DNA of 64,000 bases, from IMG/VR virus record IMGVR_UViG_3300038425_000174; one strand, given 5' to 3'. The translations under genes were made by a program, and so were the position numbers. The notes under the pieces are model-generated. The model was not told the DNA's origin. It was given only the letters and a program-made list of their open reading frames with translations, and made no database searches. Each line of letters begins with the position of its first letter. Position 1 is the stretch's first letter. Of this stretch, positions 45,240 through 53,924 are shown in pieces. Origin of the DNA: a virus.

Positions 45240-48113
45240 GTGGACGAGGCGCTTCCGTCGCAGCCACCCAAAGACGGGGCTCCAGACCGTCGGGATTCGG
45301 TGGTCCGCTGGTTCAGGCAAGCTGTGGCCGTGGTCCGTCCTAGCCGAAACGACATCCGAGAGTCCGCTCGCGCCTTCGCCCACGAGTGGGAGGGAGAGAC
45401 GAGGGAGCGCGGAGAGGCGCAGAGCTTCTGGACCGACTTCCTCCTGATCTTCGGAATCCAGCGTCGCCGCGCCCACGCGGCATTTGAGCGGCACGCTCGC
45501 CGTAGCTCAACAGGCGGGGGCGGCTTCATGGACCTGTTGTGGCCGGGCATGCTGCTAGCCGAGCACAAGTCGGCTGGCGAGGACCTCGATGAGGCGATCG
45601 ACCAGGCCCTCGATTACGTCGAGAGCCTGGACGACCGGGAGATGCCCCGCCTCGTCGTGGTCTCCGACTTTGCCCGAATGAAGATCCTCGATCTCGAAGA
45701 CGAAGCACCTGAAGCCTTCGAGTTCCCGTTGGCGGATCTCCCCCGTGAGGTTGATCGCTTTCTCGTGCTCGCCGGGTACGTAAGCCGCAAGTTCGAGGCC
45801 GAGGATGCGGTCAACGTCCAGGCGGCCGAGCTACTCGGCAAGGTGTACGACGAGATCGCGGCGACTGGCTATCCCGGTCACCAGCTCCGCATCTTCATTG
45901 TGCGAGTCCTCTTCTTGCTCTTTGGAGACGACACGGGCCTGTGGCCTCGCGAGCAGTTCGCCGATCTTGTACGCAACCGAACGGCCGAAGACGGATCTGA
46001 TCTCGGAATGTGGCTCGGGCGCCTCTTCATCGCCCTCGATACAGAGCAGAGCCATAGGACTACGGCGCTCGATGAGGACATCGCCGCATTCCCGTTCGTC
46101 AACGGCGGCTTGTACCAGGAGCGCATTGACCCGCCCGACACAACGCGTGCGATGCGGGATCGGCTGCTCGATGCGAGCGCGTTCGACTGGTCGAAGATCA
46201 GCCCGGCCGTCTTCGGGTCGATGTTCCAGTCCGTGATGGACCCTCAAGCGCGGCGCCACCTGGGTGCGCACTACACTTCCGAGGCCAACATCTTCAAGCT
46301 CATCCGACCGCTCTTCCTCGATGCACTTGAAGCGGAGTTCGTGGCGTGCGGCTCCTCGAAGGCTCGGCTCCGAGCCTTCCACGAGAAGCTCGGGGAGCTG
46401 ACGTTCCTTGATCCCGCCTGTGGCTGCGGCAACTTCCTAGTGATTGCCTATCGCGAGCTGCGACGGCTGGAGCGCGAAACCATTCTCCGGCTGAACCCCG
46501 GAGATGTCCAGATGACGACGGAACTGCACACATTGCGGAAGGTGTCTCTCGATCAGTTCTATGGCATCGAGGTCGAGGAGTTCCCCGTCCGGATCGCAGA
46601 GACCGCGATGTACTTGGTGGACCACTTGGAGAACGAGGAGCTTGGTGCCTCGTTCGGAGTCAACATCCCAGACCTCCCGCTCACGGGGTCGGCTGAGATT
46701 CGCTGTGCCAATGCCTTGCAAGTCCCGTGGGAAGAAGTTCTGGACCCGAAGGAATGCTCATTTCTGCTCGGCAACCCACCGTACGGTGGCAAGCACCTGC
46801 TTGATGACGAGCAGAAGGCAGACCTAGCCCGCATCTTTGCGGGCCACCCCCAGGGCGGATCGTTGGATTACGTGAGCGGTTGGTTCAAGCTTGCGGCCGA
46901 CTACCTAGCAACGAGTGCCGGTACGGCGATCGGAGCGTTCGTTGCTACGAACAGCATCACCCAGGGCGAGCAAGTACCGGCGCTCTGGCCGCTACTACAC
47001 GCGGCAGGGCTGCACATCATGTTCGCGTGGCGCACGTTCGACTGGACAAGCGAAGGACGCGGGAAGGCGCACGTCCACGTCGTCATCATTGGTTTCGGTC
47101 GGTCCAGGCAGGCTCCCAGCGACACCCTCTATGAGTACGACGGGGAGACAGGCACCGCTGTTGCGCTCAAAGTGCCGACGATCAACGGATACCTGGTTGC
47201 CTTCGATGAGGTCTACCCGGCTTCCAGGACGCAGCCGCTCGTGGCTGTCCCGCATGTCGTCTACGGGTCCAAGCCTGCCGACGACGGCCACCTCCTGCTA
47301 ACGGCCGAGGAGGCCGAGGAGGTCGGACGTACGGACCCCATCGCGGCGAGTTACATCCGGCCTCTGATGAGTGCGACAGAGTTTCTCAGCGGTGAAGATC
47401 GCTTCTGCTTCTGGCTCGAAGATGCCAATCCGGCGGAGGTTCGTCTCTCGCCAACGCTTACCGCGAGACTCGATGCGGTGCGCGCCTTCCGCGAAGCCTC
47501 CACGAAGGCGCAGACGAAAGACATGGCGCTCACGCCTGGACTGTTCGCCGAGGTACGTAGACCAACAGGCGATTTCATCTTTATCCCGATTCACGCAAGC
47601 GCGGCACGTCGGCTGATCCCGATGGGGTTCGTCGCAGCGGACGAGAACGCGATCGTCCATAACAGCGGCGCCTACGTGCAGGGAGCCGACCTCGCGCTCT
47701 TTGGCATTCTGCAATCGGAGATGTTCTCGGTGTGGCAGCGTGTCGTAGGGGGGCGAATCAAGAGCGACTACCGGTTCAACAATCGGTTGGTGTACAACAC
47801 CTTCCCGTTCCCTACGAACACAACGGACCACCAGCGCGAGCGCATCGAGGCGGCAGTCGACGGAGTGCTTTCGGCACGGGCTTCGCACCCTGATTCGTCA
47901 CTGGCCGACCTCTACCATCCGCTCACCTCCCCAGGCGACCTAGTAAGAGCGCATCGACGATTGGACCAGGCTGTGGACGGAGCATTTGGTCGTCGGAGCC
48001 GCCTCGGCGAGGCCGAGCGGATGTCGTTTCTCTTCGCAGAGTACGTTCGCCTGGCGAACGCGGGGCAACTCCCAGCCACTGTGGGCGCGCGACAGCGGCG
48101 CGCACCAGCGTAA
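45240..48113 (+). CDS. MmeI-like type IIL restriction-modification enzyme (fused endonuclease + N6-adenine MTase)
   Basis: EAQSFW...MDLLWPGMLLAEHKS nuclease motif, GAHYTSE, LDPACGCGNFL, GNPPY; 957 aa. Confidence 0.9.
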   Translation: MDEALPSQPPKDGAPDRRDSVVRWFRQAVAVVRPSRNDIRESARAFAHEWEGETRERGEAQSFWTDFLLIFGIQRRRAHAAFERHARRSSTGGGGFMDLLWPGMLLAEHKSAGEDLDEAIDQALDYVESLDDREMPRLVVVSDFARMKILDLEDEAPEAFEFPLADLPREVDRFLVLAGYVSRKFEAEDAVNVQAAELLGKVYDEIAATGYPGHQLRIFIVRVLFLLFGDDTGLWPREQFADLVRNRTAEDGSDLGMWLGRLFIALDTEQSHRTTALDEDIAAFPFVNGGLYQERIDPPDTTRAMRDRLLDASAFDWSKISPAVFGSMFQSVMDPQARRHLGAHYTSEANIFKLIRPLFLDALEAEFVACGSSKARLRAFHEKLGELTFLDPACGCGNFLVIAYRELRRLERETILRLNPGDVQMTTELHTLRKVSLDQFYGIEVEEFPVRIAETAMYLVDHLENEELGASFGVNIPDLPLTGSAEIRCANALQVPWEEVLDPKECSFLLGNPPYGGKHLLDDEQKADLARIFAGHPQGGSLDYVSGWFKLAADYLATSAGTAIGAFVATNSITQGEQVPALWPLLHAAGLHIMFAWRTFDWTSEGRGKAHVHVVIIGFGRSRQAPSDTLYEYDGETGTAVALKVPTINGYLVAFDEVYPASRTQPLVAVPHVVYGSKPADDGHLLLTAEEAEEVGRTDPIAASYIRPLMSATEFLSGEDRFCFWLEDANPAEVRLSPTLTARLDAVRAFREASTKAQTKDMALTPGLFAEVRRPTGDFIFIPIHASAARRLIPMGFVAADENAIVHNSGAYVQGADLALFGILQSEMFSVWQRVVGGRIKSDYRFNNRLVYNTFPFPTNTTDHQRERIEAAVDGVLSARASHPDSSLADLYHPLTSPGDLVRAHRRLDQAVDGAFGRRSRLGEAERMSFLFAEYVRLANAGQLPATVGARQRRAPA

Positions 48114-48291
48114 CGTTGGCGTAAGGGGCCGTCGAGTGATGGCGCGACGCCCTCGCCGCTGGGAGGATGACAGCCGCGTCACAGCGCGACTCTCGGCCGA
48201 TCAACTCGCGTAAGTCGATGCGTCGAGGATCAGCTCGGGTAGGGCTGGAGGAGCGTTGGCCGGCACTCGGCCGACGTAAAGCGAGTGGACC

Positions 48292-48380
48292 TGGTGGTGT
48301 GGACCCGGTGGGAGTCGAACCCACTCCGTTAGCGCTGAAGACCGGTTCGGCGCCAACCCCCCCATCCAGAAGCGCTGGAC
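48292..48380 (-). ncRNA. tRNA-like element (intact T-arm and 3' acceptor strand; no matching 5' strand found)
   Basis: GTGGG-TTCGACT-CCCAC-CGGGTCC-A-CA-CCA; two upstream hairpins (48328-48357, 48365-48379). Confidence 0.45.
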
Positions 48381-48382
48381 AC

Positions 48383-49463
48383 TTATGGCCGATGGCACCG
48401 CCACAATCGGGACATGGCCAGCCCATTCTCGGTAGATGACGCGTTTACGGTCGGCGTGAGCTTCGATTTGCTAGGACGCTCCTTGGGAGAGACCGTGTCC
48501 ACCGCTTCAAGTATCCAATCGCCGACAGACCCAATCACACGGTCGCTAGGGCTTCCCATAGCCCGATTCAGACCCTCCTGGGGGTTCCGCATAGGGTCAC
48601 TGCGCTCGCGGGCCTGTACGGCCTTTAGCGCCTCTCTGATGATCTGATCCTGTGTCTTCATAGCTTGACGCGGACCGCCGGAGGGAGCCCGCGGCCCGCG
48701 CGCCGATAAGCCTATATCAAACCGGGGCGATCTCCGCGAACGCTGCCTGGCTCAGGCCGTACTGTGCTCCCTCGACAAACTCGCCCGCTTCGCCCAGGAA
48801 GACGATCTGGTTGTCGGGGTACTCATCCTGCCGCAGCGCGACCACCTCCGTTTCGTCCTCCTCTCCCGGCACGACCAGCGTGCAAAGGAACACGAGTTCT
48901 GGTACTCCCATGCCTACCTCCTTCTAGTTGATCCGCTCCAGTAACTCCGGCCTGCACTGGCCAGCGATCCGCTCACCCTTGCGGAGCATGTGACCGGGTA
49001 TCGCGCTGGGGGTGTCGACTGGGACCGTCGCCAACACCACGACCCGTGACTCCTCCAAGGCAATGCGATTCACGACACCCTCGCCCGTAAGCTCCGGGGC
49101 GACCGCCATCGCACCCCTGTGAAACCTGACCTTCGTGCCGGGTGGCCATTCAAGGGCCAGTCGTCGATGTAGCTCCTCCTCCACCTCCTGCTGCTCCAAC
49201 TCCTCACGACCGAGAAGCCGGCCGCGGTTCTCTAGTGGTACACGTCTCATGTCCTCATCGGACATCGGGCCGATCATCGCCACCTCGCCACCGGGATTGA
49301 GCTTGCGGCGGTGCGAGTCATAAAGCGCAAGGCTCTGATTCTGGGCGTAGAGGAAGAGTCCTCCGAGAAACCCCTGCTCGCCGATGAAGGACATGTAGTA
49401 CCAGCCCGGGGCGTCAACCTTCGCGCCCTCGGCCATGCGCTGTTCTCTCTCCGACGAGTCCAT
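48383..49463 (-). CDS. Three hypothetical ORFs (48383-48661, 48717-48911, 48924-49463)
   Basis: Leftward ORFs; SD-like sequences before the latter two. Confidence 0.5.
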
Positions 49464-49465
49464 CC

Positions 49466-49843
49466 CTATCCCTCGGGGGACGTCCAGGCCACGGGTTTAT
49501 CGACAACCAGAAACTGATACTCGCCGATGTTCACTCCCGCGTTCGCCGGGAAGAAGACCGTGTCGCCCTCCTTGAACGGTGCCTCGAATGTCGGAGGTAG
49601 GATTCCGATCTCGATAACGACCGCCCCGACGAAGCCCGCCGCCGGGTCTTTCAACTCCACTCCCTGCATGTTGTCTAGCGCGCCCTCCGGGAGTCCGAGT
49701 CCAGACAGTAACTTCATAAGCCCTGGCGGCAGCGGTACCATGTCGGACTTCGGCTCGAAGTGCGCCCCGGGAATACGAATCACGGACATCCAGCCGGGAG
49801 CGGGATGCGCCTTCAAACCGCTCTGCGCCTCTTGCTCAGCCAC
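49466..49843 (-). CDS. GroES/Cpn10-like protein (tentative)
   Basis: GAVVIEIG...FKEGDTVFFPANAG...YQFL resembles the GroES core. Confidence 0.45.
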   Translation of the reverse strand: MAEQEAQSGLKAHPAPGWMSVIRIPGAHFEPKSDMVPLPPGLMKLLSGLGLPEGALDNMQGVELKDPAAGFVGAVVIEIGILPPTFEAPFKEGDTVFFPANAGVNIGEYQFLVVDKPVAWTSPEG

Positions 49844-49897
49844 GTGGGCCTCCGTAGGTTAGGGGGACCGGCACCATAGCACCGGTCCCCACAGGAG

Positions 49898-50452
49898 CTA
49901 GTGAATGTCCTTTGTGGCCGCGCAGCCTTCGCCGAGCTTATTCAGCATGGTGTCGAAGCGGTCCGCGATCGGTTTGATCTCCTCTTCACCGAACCCTGGC
50001 GCCCCTTCTTCGGCCTTTCTCATGATGAGGGTGCCGAGCGCCCGCGCCTCCTGCGCGGCTTCGATCATGTAGCGGTCGAGGGTCTGGGCGCGGTCGAGCT
50101 TGTCCGTCTTCTCGCCGAGCCACTCGCCTTTACTCTTCATGCGGTCAAGCACTGCTCCTGCCATTGATGTCTCCTTGGTGGTTGGGTTGAGCTGGTAGCG
50201 TACCGTGTCGAACCTGATGCTCGCGACAACACCGGGCGGCAGAAGAGGCTCAAGCCGCTCCAGTTCCCGCCTCATATCCTCCTCGGTCTCGCCGTAACAG
50301 ATCACCACGGTCGCGTCGTCCAGACCGCTTTCCCGCGCCTGTCGACCTCTGATGAGGATGGGCTCGCCTTTACGAAGCTGCCTCATTTCGGTCTCTGACA
50401 GACCTAGAAGGACGAGGTGCTTCCCGTACGGCGTGGTGCGGGCGCGGAGCAC
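49898..50452 (-). CDS. GLS...GxP paralog family member 2, fused to a helical C-terminal unit
   Basis: Internal SD AAGGAG + ATG near 50164 suggests a second in-frame start. Confidence 0.55.
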   Translation of the reverse strand: MLRARTTPYGKHLVLLGLSETEMRQLRKGEPILIRGRQARESGLDDATVVICYGETEEDMRRELERLEPLLPPGVVASIRFDTVRYQLNPTTKETSMAGAVLDRMKSKGEWLGEKTDKLDRAQTLDRYMIEAAQEARALGTLIMRKAEEGAPGFGEEEIKPIADRFDTMLNKLGEGCAATKDIH

Positions 50453-50707
50453 AGCGACATCAATAGTAGCGAATTGCGATGTGCTCCAGACACAGCAATT
50501 CCTCGCAAATTGCGATGACCTTCTTCCACTCCCTTCTGGAATGCCGCAGTCCTAGGGCCTGCCTTGGACATACGGCGGGTCCACACTCCTCCCGTAGAAC
50601 CGCTGGTCCTCCTCCCAGTCCTCGCGGTTGACGCTCATCCAGCCTTCGCAGCCCTCCTCCCCGCAGCCGCAGGGCCGGACGACACGTCCCCGCCGTCATC
50701 GCCGCGG

Positions 50708-50995
50708 TCACCGTGCCATAGCTATGATCACCGGCTTCAGTAGTACCAGTGTTTCCATTGCCACGATCTGTTCCGTCGATCCCTCGGGCACCAGTCCACG
50801 CTTCTCAAGGCGGGCCATCAGCTCCGCATCCGTGGGTGCGTTGATGATGAGGATCGGAACACCGAGCTTCGCATCCTGTGCGATCTTATGGCCCACGCTC
50901 ATGGGTTGGCCGGTCTTCAAGCGGGTGAAGTCCTTATCGCTGAGACCGATGCAAGCGGCCGACACGTCCTCTAGCTTGATGGGGGTGACAATCAT
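50708..50995 (-). CDS. GLS...GxP paralog family member 3
   Basis: IGLSDKDFTRLKTGQPM...KLGVPILI...LEKRGLVPEGS. Confidence 0.6.
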   Translation of the reverse strand: MIVTPIKLEDVSAACIGLSDKDFTRLKTGQPMSVGHKIAQDAKLGVPILIINAPTDAELMARLEKRGLVPEGSTEQIVAMETLVLLKPVIIAMAR

Positions 50996-51660
50996 GCCGC
51001 CTCCCGCGCGGCACGCAGGTGGTGGTCCCGGGAAGCCCGCAGTTCGTTGTGGACCTTCTTTGCTACACGCTCTGTGTTCTTTGGCCGTATCGGGAATTCC
51101 ACCGTCACGTGCCCCTTGCGAGTGAGCTGCGCCTGTCCGTCCTTCCCGGACCTACTGAAGGCCCATCCGTTGGCGATAGCTTTTCGGACCTCGATCTGGA
51201 GCGGCCTAGCGACCAGCTCAATCAGGCTCGGCTTACGCACGTTGCTGGAGTGCGGCTCCACCGTGGGCTCTGGCTCGGGCTCAACCAGTGCGTAGATCTT
51301 CCAATGCCCAAACCTCTCTTCCGTGTCATAGAGAATCCCCTCCTCCACGAGGGGTCCGACCCTCAATCTGAGCGTCGGTATTGGCACCCCGGTCCTGGCT
51401 GACCACTCGCCCAAAGTGAAGGTCCGGAGCTGCTCTGCGACCTGCCGAATGAGTGTGTCCGAGATACGTTCCCTCCTCGGGGGAACGAAGTCCGGGGGAG
51501 CCTCATTCAGCTCACGCTCGATCGCCGCTTTGCGCGTCTCCAGGTAGGCGATCCTCGCTGGGATTTTCTCCAGCTCGTCTTTGAGCTGGTCTCTGTGGAT
51601 GCGTTCTCGCCTGAGGACGGCCTCCGGCGAGTCGTCGACGAATAGTGCCGTGGCCATCAC
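50992..51660 (-). CDS. Coiled-coil / winged-HTH protein with a HicA-like C-terminus
   Basis: FTLGEWSARTGVPIPTLRLRVGPLVEEGIL (wHTH); NGWAFSRSGKDGQ...VTVEFP. Confidence 0.5.
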   Translation of the reverse strand: MMATALFVDDSPEAVLRRERIHRDQLKDELEKIPARIAYLETRKAAIERELNEAPPDFVPPRRERISDTLIRQVAEQLRTFTLGEWSARTGVPIPTLRLRVGPLVEEGILYDTEERFGHWKIYALVEPEPEPTVEPHSSNVRKPSLIELVARPLQIEVRKAIANGWAFSRSGKDGQAQLTRKGHVTVEFPIRPKNTERVAKKVHNELRASRDHHLRAAREAA

Positions 51661-52481
51661 GCACGACTCCGTGCAGCCTGCTTCGGGGTCGAGCGGTAGA
51701 CGTCTCTGAGAACCTCGGTCACGAACTTGGGCGTGGTAGTGTGTACACCCTTACCTTCCCGGAGCGCCACCGCTCGTTTACTCACATCTGATGGGGTGAC
51801 GTTTTTGACCCTGTCGATGAAGCGGTCCTCGTCCAGGTCACGCGTGTCTCTGACGAAGTAATGCAGTCCCCGCAGGATGTCCTGCCTTGTCGCGAGGGGC
51901 ATCCCCTTCCACACCGACCTGATCAAACGCAGCATCGTGCGCAGACGCTCGGGGTCCTCTTTGTAGACCGTCTCCAGCACCCGTACGGCCTGTATGCTCT
52001 CCCAGTGAGTCTGAGTGGTGGTGTCGCCGATGAAGAAGCCCTCGGACTCGACCATGCTCTTGATCGCTATCGCCGTGCTATTCCCGGCGATGAGGTCGGC
52101 GTTGAACCGCTGGAAGCTGGTTATCGCCTTACGGAGGCGTTGGAACTTCGAGAAGAGCGTCGCCTCCTCCTCTTCCGTAAGCTCGTAGAAGACGAGGCAT
52201 GGGGCCTCTTTGAGTCCCAACTGTTTCATTGCCTCCCGGCGCTGCTGTCCGTCGATGACGGAGTACCTCTTCCCTTTTCCCCGGCGTTCGGAGACGATCA
52301 GGGTCCCGACGAGCGCCGGCTCGAAGTTCTCCACGATGGACTCGACGATGTTTTCGACCGGACGCTGGTAGCGAGCGATCCACATCTCCGATAGGGATAA
52401 CACCTGGAAGCGATATGGCCACTCGCTCGTTTTCGCGATGATCGCATCGATGTTCGGTCGCTCTACGGTTGCTGCGGGCAT
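51657..52481 (-). CDS. ParB N-terminal-like (DUF6551-type) protein
   Basis: YQRP...IVENFEPALVGTLIVSER...YSVIDGQQR. Confidence 0.8.
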   Translation of the reverse strand: MPAATVERPNIDAIIAKTSEWPYRFQVLSLSEMWIARYQRPVENIVESIVENFEPALVGTLIVSERRGKGKRYSVIDGQQRREAMKQLGLKEAPCLVFYELTEEEEATLFSKFQRLRKAITSFQRFNADLIAGNSTAIAIKSMVESEGFFIGDTTTQTHWESIQAVRVLETVYKEDPERLRTMLRLIRSVWKGMPLATRQDILRGLHYFVRDTRDLDEDRFIDRVKNVTPSDVSKRAVALREGKGVHTTTPKFVTEVLRDVYRSTPKQAARSRA

Positions 52482-52765
52482 TCTGTCTCCTTCTTCTTGT
52501 GGTTTCCAAGATCGTATCCGGCCCGTTCGAGAACGTAGCCCAGGTCAAGTTCCAGGCCCTTCGATAGGTGTACGTACGTGAGGATGGCTCTCGCGTCCAG
52601 CGTCTGGGCACCAAGCTCTATCCAGGTTACGTTACTATGGGACAGCCCTCCCCGATCCCCAACCTCCCTCACGGTCCAGCCGCGCGAGGTACGATATCGG
52701 CGGACCCAGCGTCCGAATGCCTCGGGCTTGGAGTCGGTCTCCTGCTTATGATGCGTGGCGGACAT
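52463..52765 (-). CDS. XRE HTH regulator, paralog 1
   Basis: FGRWVRRYRTSRGWTVREV...WIELG...KGLELDLGYVLERAGY. Confidence 0.85.
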   Translation of the reverse strand: MSATHHKQETDSKPEAFGRWVRRYRTSRGWTVREVGDRGGLSHSNVTWIELGAQTLDARAILTYVHLSKGLELDLGYVLERAGYDLGNHKKKETECPQQP

Positions 52766-53035
52766 TCAGGAAGACTCCTTGTTACGACCGTGTCCGAGAT
52801 CGTAGCCGGCCTTTTCAAGTACGTAGCCAAGATCCAGTTCCAGGCCCTTCGCGAGACGCATAAACGTGTCGATGGAGCTACTACCCAGCTTCCAGTTCGG
52901 CCGGTCGGTACGGTGACCGGCCTCCATGTATGGGAGGATGCTTTTAGGAAGCCCTCCGCGCTCGGCGACCTGGGCCTGAGTCCAGCCGCGTGACCTGCGG
53001 TAGCGGCGAAGCCAATGTCCAAAGTCCTCGGCCAT
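52766..53035 (-). CDS. XRE HTH regulator, paralog 2
   Basis: FGHWLRRYRRSRGWTQAQV...YMEAG...KGLELDLGYVLEKAGY. Confidence 0.85.
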   Translation of the reverse strand: MAEDFGHWLRRYRRSRGWTQAQVAERGGLPKSILPYMEAGHRTDRPNWKLGSSSIDTFMRLAKGLELDLGYVLEKAGYDLGHGRNKESS

Positions 53036-53037
53036 AG

Positions 53038-53301
53038 CTAATTCGCCCGTCCAGCATGTCCGGGATCGTATCCGGCCCGTTCGAGAACGTAGCCCAGGTC
53101 AAGTTCCAGCCCTCTGGCCAGACGCACGAATGTGGAGATGGGCCTCATGTCCAGGTTCCTACCCCCCCCCCGCTCCAGATAGAACATGATGCCCTCGGCC
53201 ATATCACCGCGGTCGGTGACGTCCTTCTGGCTCCAGCCGTGCGAGATACGATAGCGCCGAACCCAGCGCCCAAACGCCTCGTCTCTGCTCTTGTCGGACA
53301 C
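53038..53301 (-). CDS. XRE HTH regulator, paralog 3
   Basis: FGRWVRRYRISHGWSQKDV...YLERG...RGLELDLGYVLERAGY; TATGCT 9 nt before GTG. Confidence 0.85.
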   Translation of the reverse strand: MSDKSRDEAFGRWVRRYRISHGWSQKDVTDRGDMAEGIMFYLERGGGRNLDMRPISTFVRLARGLELDLGYVLERAGYDPGHAGRAN

Positions 53302-53314
53302 GGCTGCTGTAGCA

Positions 53315-53388
53315 TAGCAAACCGGGGCCGGGACTAAGTCCCGGCCCCGGTCCAGGAGGAGAGGAGATTTTCTCCGGTGCCCACTATA
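53315..53388 (-). ncRNA. Candidate ~60-nt sRNA with anti-SD tract and terminator
   Basis: TATAGT at 53383-53388; UCUCCUCUCCUCCU tract; 15-bp perfect inverted repeat 53321-53351 followed by UUGCU. Confidence 0.5.
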
Positions 53389-53408
53389 AACGGTTGTCGG
53401 CCGGATTG

Positions 53409-53603
53409 CTAGCCCTTTGGAAGGCTTAGCAGGTTGGTGGTTGGTACCTCCATTGAGGCGAGGAGGCTGTCGAGTTGCTCCGGCCAGAACCGTCGCTGGT
53501 CGCCTGGGGTTCGGCAGTAGCCGACGTGCCCTGCATCTGCCCAGCGGCGCAGCGTGGATACCGAGACTCCGAGATACCGGGCTGCTTCCGAAACGGTCAA
53601 CAT
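53409..53603 (-). CDS. Xis/BldC-like (HTH_17, MerR-type) DNA-binding protein, paralog 1
   Basis: MLTVSEAARYLGVSVSTLRRW...RTPGDQRRF. Confidence 0.85.
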   Translation of the reverse strand: MLTVSEAARYLGVSVSTLRRWADAGHVGYCRTPGDQRRFWPEQLDSLLASMEVPTTNLLSLPKG

Positions 53604-53636
53604 GCGATTCTCCGATCTTCGGGGTTAGATGCGGAG

Positions 53637-53846
53637 CTATCGACAAGTCCGGATAGGGACTTGAGCCCTCTCTGTCGCCGCGGTCCTGAAGAGATCGAGC
53701 TGGGCCTGGGAGTAGCGCCGCTGCCCTCCCGGAGTTCTATAGCAATGAAGCCAACCATCGTCGGTCCAGTCACGCAGAGAGTCCGTGGACACTCCAAGGT
53801 AGCGCGCCGCCTGCGGTGCGGTCATAATGGTCGTTGACGTCACCAC
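53637..53846 (-). CDS. Xis/BldC-like DNA-binding protein, paralog 2
   Basis: MTAPQAARYLGVSTDSLRDW...RTPGGQRRY. Confidence 0.85.
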   Translation of the reverse strand: MVTSTTIMTAPQAARYLGVSTDSLRDWTDDGWLHCYRTPGGQRRYSQAQLDLFRTAATERAQVPIRTCR

Positions 53847-53924
53847 TCCCGATAACCCCAGTCAACCAGTTTCGGCGGATATCGACGATCTCCTTCAACG
53901 CGCTTCCCCAATCGAGGTCGCCCT

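Noticed and set aside
45142-48298. 9-bp direct repeat CCTGGTGGT flanking the MmeI-like gene as an insertion scar
   Set aside because: A 9-mer match between two few-hundred-bp GC-rich windows is plausible by chance; no other support.
48292-48700. Complete or permuted tmRNA gene
   Set aside because: No GGG(G/C)C 5' acceptor strand with a following D-loop motif found on either side, and no tag reading frame identified.
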